From: an uncultured Candidatus Entotheonella sp.
GTDB taxonomy: Bacteria > Tectomicrobia > Entotheonellia > Entotheonellales > Entotheonellaceae
Assembly: GCA_965215335.1 (NCBI GenBank)
Contig: CBDCDA010000001.1
Coordinates: forward strand, 1,696,001 to 1,760,000
DNA length: 64,000 nt
Direction of reading: 5' to 3'
Positions 39,431 through 52,178 of the stretch are shown one piece after another (within the stretch, counting starts at the first letter, position 1; every line of letters begins with the position of its first letter). Under the pieces are notes generated by a model. The model made no database searches. It had not been told where the DNA came from and saw only the letters and a program-made list of their open reading frames with translations. The position numbers were made by a program, and so were the translations under genes.

Positions 39431-40503
39431 CATCGTCTCCTTTTCTGGATGCCCGCCGCGCCCGGCGGCCGGCGGATTTCGCGCGTCACGCCCTGTGACG
39501 TGCTCTTGCTGCCCCAGCCGGGAATGTAGGCCGAAAACGCCCCCGCCCGGCTGCCTGCCGCAACGATCAGAAAGTCCTCTTCGGTCGGCACCAGCGGCAC
39601 CATCGCCGTGTCGTCCGCCTCGCCGGGCTCGCCCGCCATGAGGTGGAGGTGCTTGAGCTCGGCGCGCGAGGTCTGCGTGCGCTCGAAGCAGAAGCGCCGG
39701 ATGTCGTCCTTGGACCAGCCGTCCTGCCCGATCACCTGCATGTGCTCTCCGGCGAGCACCAGGACGTATTGCGGCTGGCTCCTGACCCCGGACGAGATGC
39801 GCATGTGGGCACAGGCGGTGGTGAGGATGCCCTCGGCGGTGTTGCTGAGCTGGTTGTAGAACTGTTGCGGCGCCAGGGCCGCCAGGATGGTGACGGCGTT
39901 TTGCTCCGGGCTGAAGCCACGCTCGACGTGCAGCGCCGGCCAGGGGCTTTCCGCCTCGTTTTCGGCAATGCAGAAGCCGTATTTGCCGCTGTGTCCCAGG
40001 GTGCTGCGGTCGAGCCGCCCCGGCAGCGTGCCGATGACGTTGCGCATCACCAGCCGCAACGCCCGCCCGATCGAGGCGTTGGCGCGCCAGCCGGGACCGA
40101 AGAGGTTGTCGCCGTGGTTGAGGCCCAGCTCTTGCGCGATGGGACCGTTCACCACCGCCAGCACCGCCGAGCCGCCGGTGCTCGTCGCCGGGCCGTGATA
40201 GCACCACAGCGGGTCGCCCATGGCCGCCACCGCCGCCGCCAGCACGGGCATGTACTCGGGCTTGCAACCGGCCATGACGCCGTTGATCGCCACCTTCTCG
40301 GCGGTTACCGACACCTGGCGATTCTCGATGAACGTGATCTCCGCCTGCGGCGCCAACCCCGCCGATTCCAGCATTCCCCAGATGGCGTTCTCCGTTGGCG
40401 GCACCACCGGCAGGCCGTCCGTCCATCCCTTGTCGAAGTAAAAGTCCACCGCCTGCGCCATGTCCGCCACGTCGTACCGCGTGGATTGCAACTCTGCTGC
40501 CAT
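39430..40503 (-). CDS. Conserved partner protein of UGSC selenoproteins
   Basis: GWTDGLPVVPPT, KVAINGVMAGCKPEYMPV, ATST, RANASIGRALRL, AENE..SPW; stop overlaps the selenoprotein start. Confidence 0.85.
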   Translation of the reverse strand: MAAELQSTRYDVADMAQAVDFYFDKGWTDGLPVVPPTENAIWGMLESAGLAPQAEITFIENRQVSVTAEKVAINGVMAGCKPEYMPVLAAAVAAMGDPLWCYHGPATSTGGSAVLAVVNGPIAQELGLNHGDNLFGPGWRANASIGRALRLVMRNVIGTLPGRLDRSTLGHSGKYGFCIAENEAESPWPALHVERGFSPEQNAVTILAALAPQQFYNQLSNTAEGILTTACAHMRISSGVRSQPQYVLVLAGEHMQVIGQDGWSKDDIRRFCFERTQTSRAELKHLHLMAGEPGEADDTAMVPLVPTEEDFLIVAAGSRAGAFSAYIPGWGSKSTSQGVTREIRRPPGAAGIQKRRR

Positions 40504-40633
40504 TCCGCACACACCTTTGCTCGTCGCGTCCGATTGTTGCCATTGCGTCGTGCCGTTCCAACACGGGAAAGCGTTTAAATACTAGAGTCTCGCCGGGGTT
40601 GTCAAGCGGGTGGACCGCCGCCGCGCTTCGCAC

Positions 40634-41030
40634 TTACTCCGGCGTCTTGCCGAACACGGCGTCCTGCCAGCAGTAGTTGCCGGCAAACCCGCAGGGCGGC
40701 CAGGTCGACAGCCGGCAGGGGACGATCAGCGAGGCGTATGCCCGCTGCGATTCCATCACTTTCTTGAAGAAGGGGCCCTTTGCCGCCTCCTCGGCCGCGA
40801 TCTTGTCCCACGACCGCAGCAGGGTGTGGAGCAGTGCCTGCAGATCACCCGGCAAGCCATCCCACACCTCCTTGTTGATCAGCAATTCCCCCATCGGGTC
40901 GGGTTCGTGCATGCTCGGCGTATAGTGGATTTTCCACATGCCCTGGGCGGGTCGAGCCCGACGCAGGAGTTGCGCGCCGACAGGATGAATTCTGCCGGCA
41001 CGATGGCGCCGACAATGCGGGGCAGGAGAT
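40634..41030 (-). pseudogene. TRAP transporter substrate-binding protein (DctP-like) remnant
   Basis: HEP..MGELLINKEVWDGLPGDLQA...WDKIAAEEAAKGPFFKKVMESQRAYA; far too short, apparently internally deleted. Confidence 0.6.
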
Positions 41031-41224
41031 CAGGAATTAATTGGGCAAAAGCCGGCACTTGGCCCGCCGACGATCCTGTCCGTGGAAGACATGCACGAAT
41101 TTGTCAGAGCGCACATGTTGTTGCACAATTGGTGGGAAGCGCCGCCGTGACAAGGGTTGGCTTTTGGCGACAAGACGCATGCTGTAGGCATTGCCGACGG
41201 CATCCCCAGCCGAAGGGATCCTTC

Positions 41225-42253
41225 TTGACTCCGCTCGCATCCATTGCCGCACCGCGCCTGCATGCCTTCTACCAGCAGGCGTACCGGCACGCCGGCGTCC
41301 CGGACGAGGACGCCGCGGCAGTCGCCGACGCCCGTCTGCAAGGCACCCTGCGCCAGCCGGCCGGATTCGACGCCTTCAGCGTCGCGCGGCTGCGGAATAC
41401 CGTCCGCCGCCTGCGGGCCGGCGGCATCAACCCGACGCCGCAGATTCGCGTCGTCCACGAGCGCGGCCCGTTCGCCCTCCTGGATGCTGACAACGGCCTG
41501 GGCCCCATGGTCGGCATGCGGGCCATGACGCGCTGTCTGGAGGCGGCAAGGTCGGGCGGCGTTGCGCTGGTGGGGGTGCGAAACTCGACGACGCTCGGCA
41601 CGATGGCGACGTATGCCATGCGGGCGCTGCCCGAAGGCGTCCTGGGGTTCGTCGGCACCAACACGGAACTGAAAATCGGTCTGCCGCCCTGGGGCGGGCT
41701 GACCCCGACGCTTGGCAACAATCCCTTCGCGGTGGCCATCCCCCGCCGTCACGGTCCGCCGATCGTGCTGGACATGTCGCTCATCGCCACCCGGCCGCAG
41801 GAAAGCGGCGCTTCAGCGGAAAGACCCGCCCGCGGTCCCCTGGACGACGATTTCCTCGCCCGCCCGGTTATCGGCGCCCACAAGGGCTACGGTCTCGCCG
41901 TGGTCCTGGAAGTCCTGTGCGGCGTGCTCACCGGCGCTGGTTTCGGACAGACCCACGCGCCGGACCGGCTTGCCGACCCGCAGACCCGCCACGACCTCGG
42001 GCACCTGTTCGCCGTGCTCGACCCGACCGTGTTCATGCCGCGCCACGAGTTCGAGACGCGCATCGAGCGGTTGTGTGCCGAGATCAAACGATCCGCGCCC
42101 GCGCCCGGCGTGCCGCGCATCCTCCTGCCCGGCGAACTGGAGCAGGAACGGTGCGAGACCCGGTTGCGCCGCGGCATTCCCGTGCGGGCAGATACACGGA
42201 AGGCGCTGCTGGCGTTCTGCAGCGAGCTGGGCATCGCGTCGCCGCTGGATTGA
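41225..42253 (+). CDS. Second Ldh_2 family protein, divergent (start uncertain)
   Basis: DADNGLG, LGNNPFAVAIP, GAHKGYGL, LPGELE; lacks the SHG and NxxHxG histidines. Confidence 0.8.
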   Translation: MTPLASIAAPRLHAFYQQAYRHAGVPDEDAAAVADARLQGTLRQPAGFDAFSVARLRNTVRRLRAGGINPTPQIRVVHERGPFALLDADNGLGPMVGMRAMTRCLEAARSGGVALVGVRNSTTLGTMATYAMRALPEGVLGFVGTNTELKIGLPPWGGLTPTLGNNPFAVAIPRRHGPPIVLDMSLIATRPQESGASAERPARGPLDDDFLARPVIGAHKGYGLAVVLEVLCGVLTGAGFGQTHAPDRLADPQTRHDLGHLFAVLDPTVFMPRHEFETRIERLCAEIKRSAPAPGVPRILLPGELEQERCETRLRRGIPVRADTRKALLAFCSELGIASPLD

Positions 42254-42260
42254 GTCAACC

Positions 42261-42300
42261 CTGCAGGTCGGGTCAGGCCGTCGGCCAACCCGACCTGCAG
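42261..42300. repeat. REP-like palindrome between convergent genes
   Basis: CTGCAGGTCGGGT...ACCCGACCTGCAG; related palindromes at 30434-30462, 56077-56104 and 63061-63088. Confidence 0.6.
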
Positions 42301-42378
42301 CCCCGGCGCCGCGGGAGAGGGGGTCGCCTGCCGCATCGCCATGCTTTCTGCGGCCAGGCTGTACGGTATTTCCATAGG

Positions 42379-42717
42379 TCAATAAAGCAGAAACCGCCAG
42401 AGACCGTTCAGCGCCGTCAAGGCCACGGCGCCGATCAGCGTGGTGGTCAGGTTCTCGATCTCGAAACCCTCGATCAGCTTGTCGGTCAGGAACAGCAGAA
42501 AGGCGTTGATGACGAAGACGAACAGCCCGAAGGTGAGCAGCATCGGGATGAAGGCGATGAAACCGAGAATGCCCGACAGCAGGGTCTGCAGCAAGCCGTA
42601 GACGAGGGCGGCGAGCAGGGCGTGGCCGAAATTGCGGAGGTGGAATCCCGGCAGGAACCTTGCGATGACGGTGAGCGAACCGGCGGACAGAAGCAGGTAA
42701 ACGAGCCAGCGTATCAT
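42379..42717 (-). CDS. YvlD / 'phage holin family' 4-TM membrane protein
   Basis: LLTFGLFVFVINAFLL..LIEGFEI motif. Confidence 0.85.
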   Translation of the reverse strand: MIRWLVYLLLSAGSLTVIARFLPGFHLRNFGHALLAALVYGLLQTLLSGILGFIAFIPMLLTFGLFVFVINAFLLFLTDKLIEGFEIENLTTTLIGAVALTALNGLWRFLLY

Positions 42718-42946
42718 CCTCAACTCCCGTGGCGAGGGGTGAATGGCGGCGAAGCCATCTGGACTTTGTAAGCCCGCATCGTCCCGGAGGTCAAGACCAA
42801 AACCCCCGGTGCGGGGCTCGACGGGTGGCGGCGTTGGCACTTCTCACGGCTGCCAACTTGTATTAGACTCTACCGCATCGACACGCCTCACCAGCGCGCC
42901 CGTCTGGTCCCTGGCGCGCGTTCAACCCCTTCACGGAACCCATACC

Positions 42947-44218
42947 ATGGCACAAGAAGGCATGTCTGTGGAAGCGCAGGTTGACCTGCTGATGCGCGGT
43001 ACCCGCTTTGCCGACGAGGCCGATTCCCGGGCCGTCGAGGTACCCGAGGGCGGCGGGTTGCGGAGCCGCATGCGGGCCGAACTGCGCGACAAGCTGCGGG
43101 CAGGGCGGCCGTTGCGTGTCTATCTGGGCGTCGATCCCACCAGCACCGAGCTCCACGTCGGGCACTTCGTCCCGCTACAGAAGCTGCGCAGGTTTCAGGA
43201 ACTGGGCCATCAGGTGGTCTTCCTGATCGGCGATTACACGGCGACCATCGGCGACCCCAGCGAGCGGACGAGCGAGAGAAAGCGCCTGACACACGAACAC
43301 GTACTGGCACTGGCCAGCAGCTACACCGAGCAGGCCTGTCGCATCCTCGATTCCGACAAGACCGAGGTGCGTTACAACGGCGACTGGCTGGGGAAGCTCT
43401 CCTTTGCCGACATCATCGAGCTGGCCAGCATCTTTCCGCTGAAGCAGATCGTCGCCCGCCGCGATTTTCAGCGCCGCATGGAGCAGGGCGAGGCGCTGCG
43501 CTTTCACGAATCGCTGTACGCGCTGATGCAGGGCTATGACGCCTATATGCTGAAGTGCGACGTGCAGGTGGGCGGCTACGACCAGCATTTCAACATGCTG
43601 GCCGGACGCGCCATTCAGGAGCACTTCGGCGACCCGCCGCACGTCATGCTGACCAATCCGTTGCTCGTCGGCACCGATGGGCGCAGCAAGATGTCGAAGA
43701 GCTACGGCAACGTCATCAACGTTCACGACGCGCCGTTCGACATGTACGGCAAAACGATGCGCATGGCCGACGCGCACATTCAGACCTACCTGGAGCTCGC
43801 CAGCTCGCTCGACGCCGAAGCCATCGACGCCGAGGTGCAACGGCTGCAGGACGGCGCCAACCCGATGGTGGTGAAGAAGCGGCTGGCCTTCGACCTGGTG
43901 CGGCAGTACCACGGCGAGGCGGCGGCGGCCGCGGCGGCGGAAACGTTTCAGCGGGTCGTGCAGCACCAGCAAGCGCCCGACGAGGTGCCGCAAGTGAGCG
44001 TGCCGGCGCATTTGCAGGGGGTGACGTGGGTGGACCTGTGCGCCGACCTGGAATTGTGTCCCTCGAAAGCCGAGGCGCGCCGCCTGGTACGCCAGGGCGG
44101 CTTTTACGTTGAACAGACGCCGGTGACGGATACCGAGGCGCGCGCGGAGGTGCCGCCGCCGGGTGTCCTGGTGCGGCTGGGCAAGCGGCGTTATTACCGC
44201 CTGCTGCCCGGCGCCTGA
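42947..44218 (+). CDS. tyrS: Tyrosine--tRNA ligase
   Basis: YLGVDPT..LHVGH, QGYD, GGYDQHFN, KMSKS; C-terminal S4 domain. Confidence 0.95.
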   Translation: MAQEGMSVEAQVDLLMRGTRFADEADSRAVEVPEGGGLRSRMRAELRDKLRAGRPLRVYLGVDPTSTELHVGHFVPLQKLRRFQELGHQVVFLIGDYTATIGDPSERTSERKRLTHEHVLALASSYTEQACRILDSDKTEVRYNGDWLGKLSFADIIELASIFPLKQIVARRDFQRRMEQGEALRFHESLYALMQGYDAYMLKCDVQVGGYDQHFNMLAGRAIQEHFGDPPHVMLTNPLLVGTDGRSKMSKSYGNVINVHDAPFDMYGKTMRMADAHIQTYLELASSLDAEAIDAEVQRLQDGANPMVVKKRLAFDLVRQYHGEAAAAAAAETFQRVVQHQQAPDEVPQVSVPAHLQGVTWVDLCADLELCPSKAEARRLVRQGGFYVEQTPVTDTEARAEVPPPGVLVRLGKRRYYRLLPGA

Positions 44219-44330
44219 TCCCGGCGCGGTTGACATTTCCCCCTGGTCGTCAGGGGGGCCGTTTTCTGGTTCGGCCGCTTTGCGCGGTTTGTGTGTTTTG
44301 AATTTGCGTGTCTTGAAGGAGATCAGGACT

Positions 44331-45131
44331 GTGAACGTTATCGTCACCCTCAAGCAGGTGCCGGATCCGGAGGCGCCCAAGGAGACCTTTCGGATTGACC
44401 AAGCGGCGATGAAGATCCTCAATCCGCCCAACGTCGACCCGGTGATCAACGGCTACGACGAAAACGCCATCGAAGCGGCGCTGCAGATCAAGGCGGCGGC
44501 GGGCGGCAAGGTGGTCGGCGTGTCGATGGGCGAGGCGGGCGCCGCCCGCGCCCTCAAGCAGGCGATGGCGATGGGGGTGGACGAGGGCGTCCTGCTGCAG
44601 GATGAATCCTTTGCGGATGCCGACGCCACCTCGACCGCCTACGTGCTGGCTCGCGCTATCGAGAAGGTCGGCTCGTACGGGCTGATCCTATGTGGGCGCC
44701 AGGCGTCGGACTGGGATCAATCGCAGGTGCCATCGGGCATCGCCGAGCTGCTTGGACTGCCAAGCGTGACTGCCGTGCAAAAGGTGGCGCTGCAAGACGA
44801 TGCGGTGCGGGTCGAGCGCATCCTGGAAGACGGCTACGAGGTGCTGGATATTCGCGGGCCGTGCGTGGTGACGGTGAGCAACGAGGCCAACAAGCCGCGC
44901 TACCCGACGCTGAAGGGCATCATGGCGGCGGGCAAGAAGCAGATTCCGATCTGGGACGCCGCGCAACTGGGGGTCGATGCGGCCCAGGTCGGCAGCGCCG
45001 GCGCGCTGACCCGCGTCAGCAAGCTGTACGTGCCGAGTTTCGACGGCGCCTGCGAATTCATCGCCGGCGACACGCCCGAGGAGATGGGGGCGAATCTGGC
45101 CCTGCGCCTGCGGGAGTTGAAGATTATCTGA
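44331..45131 (+). CDS. etfB: Electron transfer flavoprotein beta subunit
   Basis: GTG start after AAGGAG; KQVPD, AIEAAL, GRQASD, PRYPTLKGIM. Confidence 0.93.
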   Translation: MNVIVTLKQVPDPEAPKETFRIDQAAMKILNPPNVDPVINGYDENAIEAALQIKAAAGGKVVGVSMGEAGAARALKQAMAMGVDEGVLLQDESFADADATSTAYVLARAIEKVGSYGLILCGRQASDWDQSQVPSGIAELLGLPSVTAVQKVALQDDAVRVERILEDGYEVLDIRGPCVVTVSNEANKPRYPTLKGIMAAGKKQIPIWDAAQLGVDAAQVGSAGALTRVSKLYVPSFDGACEFIAGDTPEEMGANLALRLRELKII

Positions 45132-45175
45132 ATACCGGGACGCCTCGCAGAATCGAACGACGGAGGGATAGAAGC

Positions 45176-46171
45176 ATGACTCGGGGCATCATGATTTTCG
45201 CGGAAACGACCGGCGCCGCGCTGGCGCCGATTGCCAAGGAGATGTGCGGCGTCGGACGCCGCCTCGCCGATGCGCTCGGTGAGCCGTTGATTGCCGCGGT
45301 GATCGGTAGCGGCGTTGGCGGCGCGGGTCGAGAGGCCATCGCGCACGGCGCCGACCGCGCTTACGTGGCGGACGCGGATGTGTTGCAGACCTACCAGACG
45401 GCGTCGTATTGCACGGTGATGGGCCAGATTGCCGAGCAGGCGGAGCCGGAAGTTCTGCTCGTCGGGATGAGCGACAACGGCCGCGACCTCGGCCCGCGGC
45501 TGGCCTTCCGGCTGCGCACCGGGCTGGCCTCGGACTGCGTCGACCTGAGCATCAACGCCGAGACGCGCCTGCTGGAAGCAACCCGTCCGGTGTCGGGCGG
45601 CAACGCGATGGCGACCGTGGTGATCGAAAAGACACGGCCACAGATGGCCACGGTGCGGGCCAAGACCATGCCGGCCGCCGCGCCGGACGCCGGGCGGCAG
45701 GGCGACGTCGTTGCCGTTGACGTGTCCGTGGATGCCGCTTCGCTGCCGGTGACCGTCGTTGAGCGCGTCGAGGCCGAATCGGAGGGGGTGCGGCTGGAGG
45801 ACGCCGCCATCGTCATCTCCGGCGGGCGCGGCCTGAAGGGGCCGGACGACTTCTACGCCATCCTGGATCCCTGCGCCAAGGCGCTCGGCGGCGCCATCGG
45901 CGCCTCGCGCGCCGCCGTGGACGAGGGCTGGGTACCCACGCAGCTGCAGGTGGGACTGACCGGCAAGATCGTCAGCCCGAAGCTGTACGTCGCCTGCGCC
46001 ATCTCCGGGGCGGCGCAGCACATGGCCGGTTGCGGCTACTCGAAAACCATCGTGGCGGTGAACCGGGACCCCGACGCCCCGATCTACCAGCGCGCCGATA
46101 TCGGCATCGTGGGCGATTACAAGAAGGTCATCCCGGCCTTCCAGGCCAAGTGCGCCGAACTGCTCGGCTGA
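45176..46171 (+). CDS. etfA: Electron transfer flavoprotein alpha subunit
   Basis: [30 protein letters not shown]. Confidence 0.93.
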   Translation: MTRGIMIFAETTGAALAPIAKEMCGVGRRLADALGEPLIAAVIGSGVGGAGREAIAHGADRAYVADADVLQTYQTASYCTVMGQIAEQAEPEVLLVGMSDNGRDLGPRLAFRLRTGLASDCVDLSINAETRLLEATRPVSGGNAMATVVIEKTRPQMATVRAKTMPAAAPDAGRQGDVVAVDVSVDAASLPVTVVERVEAESEGVRLEDAAIVISGGRGLKGPDDFYAILDPCAKALGGAIGASRAAVDEGWVPTQLQVGLTGKIVSPKLYVACAISGAAQHMAGCGYSKTIVAVNRDPDAPIYQRADIGIVGDYKKVIPAFQAKCAELLG

Positions 46172-46233
46172 CGCCGTGTTCTGCCGGCGCGCCCGTTGAC
46201 GGACCCCTTCCGTGAACACCGCAAAGGAGACCG

Positions 46234-46713
46234 ATGATGATCGTAGAGGAAATTGCCAGGCGGTTGCTGGCTCAGGGCAGGCGGGTGTCGGTGGCGGAAG
46301 CCGACACCTGCGGACTGGTCGGCTACCTGCTGAGCACGGTGCCGGGCAGCTCGAAGTATTTTCCCGGCGGCGTCATTGCCTACACCGGCGGCCTCAAGCA
46401 GAGCATCCTGGGCGTGCCCGACGAGCTGTACGCCGCCAAGGGCAGCGTCAGTCCCGAGGTGGCGAGCGCCATGGCCCGGGGTGCGCGCGACCTCACGGGC
46501 ACCGACTACGGCCTGTCGGTGACGGGCGTGGCCGGTCCGGCCGGCGGCCAGCCCGGCGCGCCCATCGGCACCTTTTACGTGGCGGTGGCCGGCCCCGACG
46601 GCCTTGACGTGGCGGAACGCATCCAGACAGACGCGGCCGACCGCGACGGCAACAAGCGCCAGGCGGCGCAGGCCGTCCTGGACTTGCTTGGCCGCCATCT
46701 GCCGGCCGCATGA
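46234..46713 (+). CDS. CinA C-terminal / PncC-like protein
   Basis: VPGSSKYF.GG.IAY, GSVSPEVA..MA, SVTGVAGP; EADTCG replaces ESCTGG. Confidence 0.85.
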   Translation: MMIVEEIARRLLAQGRRVSVAEADTCGLVGYLLSTVPGSSKYFPGGVIAYTGGLKQSILGVPDELYAAKGSVSPEVASAMARGARDLTGTDYGLSVTGVAGPAGGQPGAPIGTFYVAVAGPDGLDVAERIQTDAADRDGNKRQAAQAVLDLLGRHLPAA

Positions 46714-46733
46714 GGCGGGCCTGTCGTTTCCGG

Positions 46734-47075
46734 CTACCAGTTCACCAGATGCGGCTTTTGCTGCCGCCAGCCGGCGTCGGAGGGGAAGATGGTGGCCAGC
46801 ACAATGGCCTGCGGGTCGCCGTCGAACCAGTCCTGCACGGTCTCCCGCCATTTGACGTAGTGCGGCGCGTTGCGGTGGGCGGTCAGATGGTCGTCCTGTG
46901 TCTCGTACACCTCGTACAGGTAGAACGTATCGGGGTCGGACGGGCTCCGGTGAATATCGAACCGCAGGCAGCCGGGCTCGTCGCGCACCGACCCCTGAGC
47001 GTCCCCCAGGCTGGCCTCCCTGAACTGCTCCGAGAATCCCGGCTTGATCTTGATGGTCACGAAGATGGCGTACAT
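46734..47075 (-). CDS. Antibiotic biosynthesis monooxygenase family (LsrG-like) protein
   Basis: SVRDEPGCLRFDI, FYLYEVY, HRNAPHY; AGGAG upstream. Confidence 0.88.
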   Translation of the reverse strand: MYAIFVTIKIKPGFSEQFREASLGDAQGSVRDEPGCLRFDIHRSPSDPDTFYLYEVYETQDDHLTAHRNAPHYVKWRETVQDWFDGDPQAIVLATIFPSDAGWRQQKPHLVNW

Positions 47076-47186
47076 GGCTGCTCCCTTCTCTCCTCCTGTC
47101 AAGGCGATGAAGCGGCGGGCTGATCCCCGATAGGGCCGCATCGTGAAACTGCCGAGCGATCGGCCATTATAGGGACGAGCGGATAC

Positions 47187-48146
47187 GTGGACAAGCAACC
47201 GCGCGGGTCAGCCCTGCGCACGAGAGGCGACGTCTTCCTCCGGTCCCTGAGCGTTCTGCTCTTGCTCGGCGCAACCCACCTGGCTGCGGCGCAGCCAGGT
47301 GTTCGTCCGGAAACGGCGGCGCAACCGCGGCCGTGGACGATCCACGCCACGCAGCGCTACCAGACCGCAAGCGAGATGGAGGAGCGCCGCGGCAGGATGG
47401 CATGGCACGAAAGCACGGTCGGGCTCTCCACCGGCATCTTCCTTCCGGGGGCGGGCCTGCTGAGAGCCGGCGTGGACTATGCCCACGTCCGGTTTGCATT
47501 TGCTCCGGACCTCCGGCTTGACTCGGCGGACCCGGTGCCGTTCCGGCGCGTCCATGCCATGCGGTTGTCTGCACAGCTCTTCAGACCGCTTTCGACCACC
47601 TGGAACAGTCAGATTTTCGGTGCCGTCACCAGCGCGTTCGAATCCGCGGCCCTGCCGGACGACGCCCTGAGCGGCGTCGTGGGCCTGGGCGTCATGCGCC
47701 GCTTCTCCGACCGTCTGTCGGCCGGCCTCGGGGCGATACTGCTCTACCCATTGGGCAACCAGGCCGTCACCCTCGTGCCCATCGCCCTGGTTGACTGGCA
47801 GATCGCGGATCGCCTGACGTTTCGCAGTCGCCGAGACATCACGCTCTCCTACCAGGTCGACACGCGGGGACGCCTGTCGGTGGCAGCCGTGGGCGCCTTG
47901 TTTGACCGCAGGCAGTTTCGCCTCGATGGCAGGGGATCGGTTCGGGAGGGCGTTGCGGAGTTGAAGGGCCTGGAAGTCGGGGGCCGGGTCACCTGGAAGC
48001 CAGCCGCGGCGCTGACGGTCCTGCTGTCCGCAGGAACCACGCTTGGCCAGGAGCTGACCCTTGAGGACCGTACCGGGAGAAAGGTCGTCGATCTCGACGT
48101 CGACGCGGCGCTCCAGCTGACACTCGCCTTGCGCTATCGCCTTTAG
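47187..48146 (+). CDS. Putative outer-membrane beta-barrel protein
   Basis: Signal peptide, alternating beta-strand pattern, C-terminal LALRYRL. Confidence 0.65.
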   Translation: MDKQPRGSALRTRGDVFLRSLSVLLLLGATHLAAAQPGVRPETAAQPRPWTIHATQRYQTASEMEERRGRMAWHESTVGLSTGIFLPGAGLLRAGVDYAHVRFAFAPDLRLDSADPVPFRRVHAMRLSAQLFRPLSTTWNSQIFGAVTSAFESAALPDDALSGVVGLGVMRRFSDRLSAGLGAILLYPLGNQAVTLVPIALVDWQIADRLTFRSRRDITLSYQVDTRGRLSVAAVGALFDRRQFRLDGRGSVREGVAELKGLEVGGRVTWKPAAALTVLLSAGTTLGQELTLEDRTGRKVVDLDVDAALQLTLALRYRL

Positions 48147-48159
48147 GCCGAAGAGCCTG

Positions 48160-48392
48160 ACGACCTCGGTGAGCAAGACGGCATCGCCAACCTGTGCCCC
48201 GGCGTGATCTCCGCATGCCCGCCCGCGAGCGTCACCCGCAAAGCCCGACTCGCTTTCGCGTATTTGCGCAAGAATATCCCGCGCCAGGTCCGGGGTGGTG
48301 CCCTTTTCCGGCAGCAGCGTGGCCAGGAACCGGCGCGGCGTGCCGCCCATGCTGGCGATGTCGTTGGCAAGGTTGATTTTTGTGTGTCGCAA
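48160..48392 (-). pseudogene. AIR synthase family (HypE/ThiL-like) remnant
   Basis: ANDIASMGGTPRRFLATLLP, then in another frame VTLAGGHAEITPG, then AQVGDAVLLT. Confidence 0.6.
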
Positions 48393-48486
48393 GATGACAT
48401 GCTACCCTGTATCCGGCAGACACGAAGACGAAGGATTGACGAGCGTGGCGGACGGGCGAAGCGTCTTGATGGGAAAAGGGAAAGGA

Positions 48487-50958
<2,472 letters not shown>

Positions 50959-51034
50959 GCGCCCCGGCGCGCCTGCAAAATCTCGCCGGTGGAACGCCGG
51001 ATGACGCCTCGCCAATCCGGCCCGGGGCAAACTC

Positions 51035-52042
51035 ATGATGGTGCGTGAAGTCGGCGAATTTGCCCTGCTGGCGCGCTTGCAGCGACGGCTGAAGCAGGCC
51101 GATGCGCCGCCGGTCGTGCGCGGCATCGGCGACGACTGCGCGGTGCTGCGTCCCGCTGACGGACACGACCTGCTGGTCACGACGGACACGCAGGAAGAAG
51201 GCGTGCACTTCCGGCGCGATTGGTCAACGCCGGAGGACATCGGCTGGCGCTGCCTGGCGGTGAACGTCAGCGACATCGCAGCCATGGGCGGCGTGCCGCT
51301 GGGGGCAGTGGTGGCGCTGTCGCTGCCGGAAACGCTGGCCGTAGCGTTCGCCGAGGCGATGTACGACGGCCTGAGCGCCCTGGCGGTGGCCTGCGATTGC
51401 CCGGTCGTCGGCGGCAACCTCAGCAAGTCCGCCGAACGGCTGTCGGTGACGATTACCGTGCTCGGTTCGACGCCGCGGGACGGCGCCGCGTATCGCGCCT
51501 CGGCCCGTGGCGGCGACGGCATCTGGGTCACCGGCGACCTCGGCGCCGCCAAGGCCGGGCTGGAAGCGCTGATTCATCCGCAGGCGGTGGCCGGATTGCC
51601 CACCGATGCGGTGCTGTCGCGCTACCGGCGTCCCCGGCCGCGGCTGCGGGAGGCGCTGTTCCTGCGCCGGCACGGCGCGCGCAGCCTGATCGATCTCAGC
51701 GACGGCTTGTCGAGCGACCTGGCACACGTCTGCGCGGCCAGCGGCGTGGGCGCGCGGCTGCACGCCGAACGCATCCCGATCAGCGACGAAACGCGCCGCG
51801 TGGCTGACGCCCTCGGCCTGGACGCGCTCGCGGTCGCCCTGCACGGCGGCGAGGATTTCGAGTTGTGCCTGACGGCGCCGCCCGGCGCCGCGGCGTCACT
51901 GGAGCAGGGCTTGCGCGACCGGTTCGATTGCCCGCTGACCCGTATCGGCACCATCCAGGCCAGCGCCGGCGTCACCCTCCACTACCCGGACGGCAGTGCT
52001 GAGGCTTTGGCCGCCGGCGGTCACGATCATTTCCGCATCTGA
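51035..52042 (+). CDS. thiL: Thiamine-monophosphate kinase
   Basis: GEF, GIGDDCA, VNVSDIAAMG, IDLSDGL, GGEDFEL. Confidence 0.95.
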   Translation: MMVREVGEFALLARLQRRLKQADAPPVVRGIGDDCAVLRPADGHDLLVTTDTQEEGVHFRRDWSTPEDIGWRCLAVNVSDIAAMGGVPLGAVVALSLPETLAVAFAEAMYDGLSALAVACDCPVVGGNLSKSAERLSVTITVLGSTPRDGAAYRASARGGDGIWVTGDLGAAKAGLEALIHPQAVAGLPTDAVLSRYRRPRPRLREALFLRRHGARSLIDLSDGLSSDLAHVCAASGVGARLHAERIPISDETRRVADALGLDALAVALHGGEDFELCLTAPPGAAASLEQGLRDRFDCPLTRIGTIQASAGVTLHYPDGSAEALAAGGHDHFRI

Positions 52043-52178
52043 TCCGCCGGACCGGCGGGATTGACTTGCGGCTCCATCTCGTCAAGAATGGCCCTGTTGC
52101 CAAATCGTTTCGTGCCTTGAAGACAGCGGGCAGATGCGCATGGCCGGCTTGAGAAAGAGAGCTGAAAAGGAGCAAGTG

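Noticed and set aside
42379..42717. Prophage suggested by the 'phage holin family' protein
   Set aside because: YvlD-type proteins are common chromosomal genes; no endolysin, structural or integrase genes nearby
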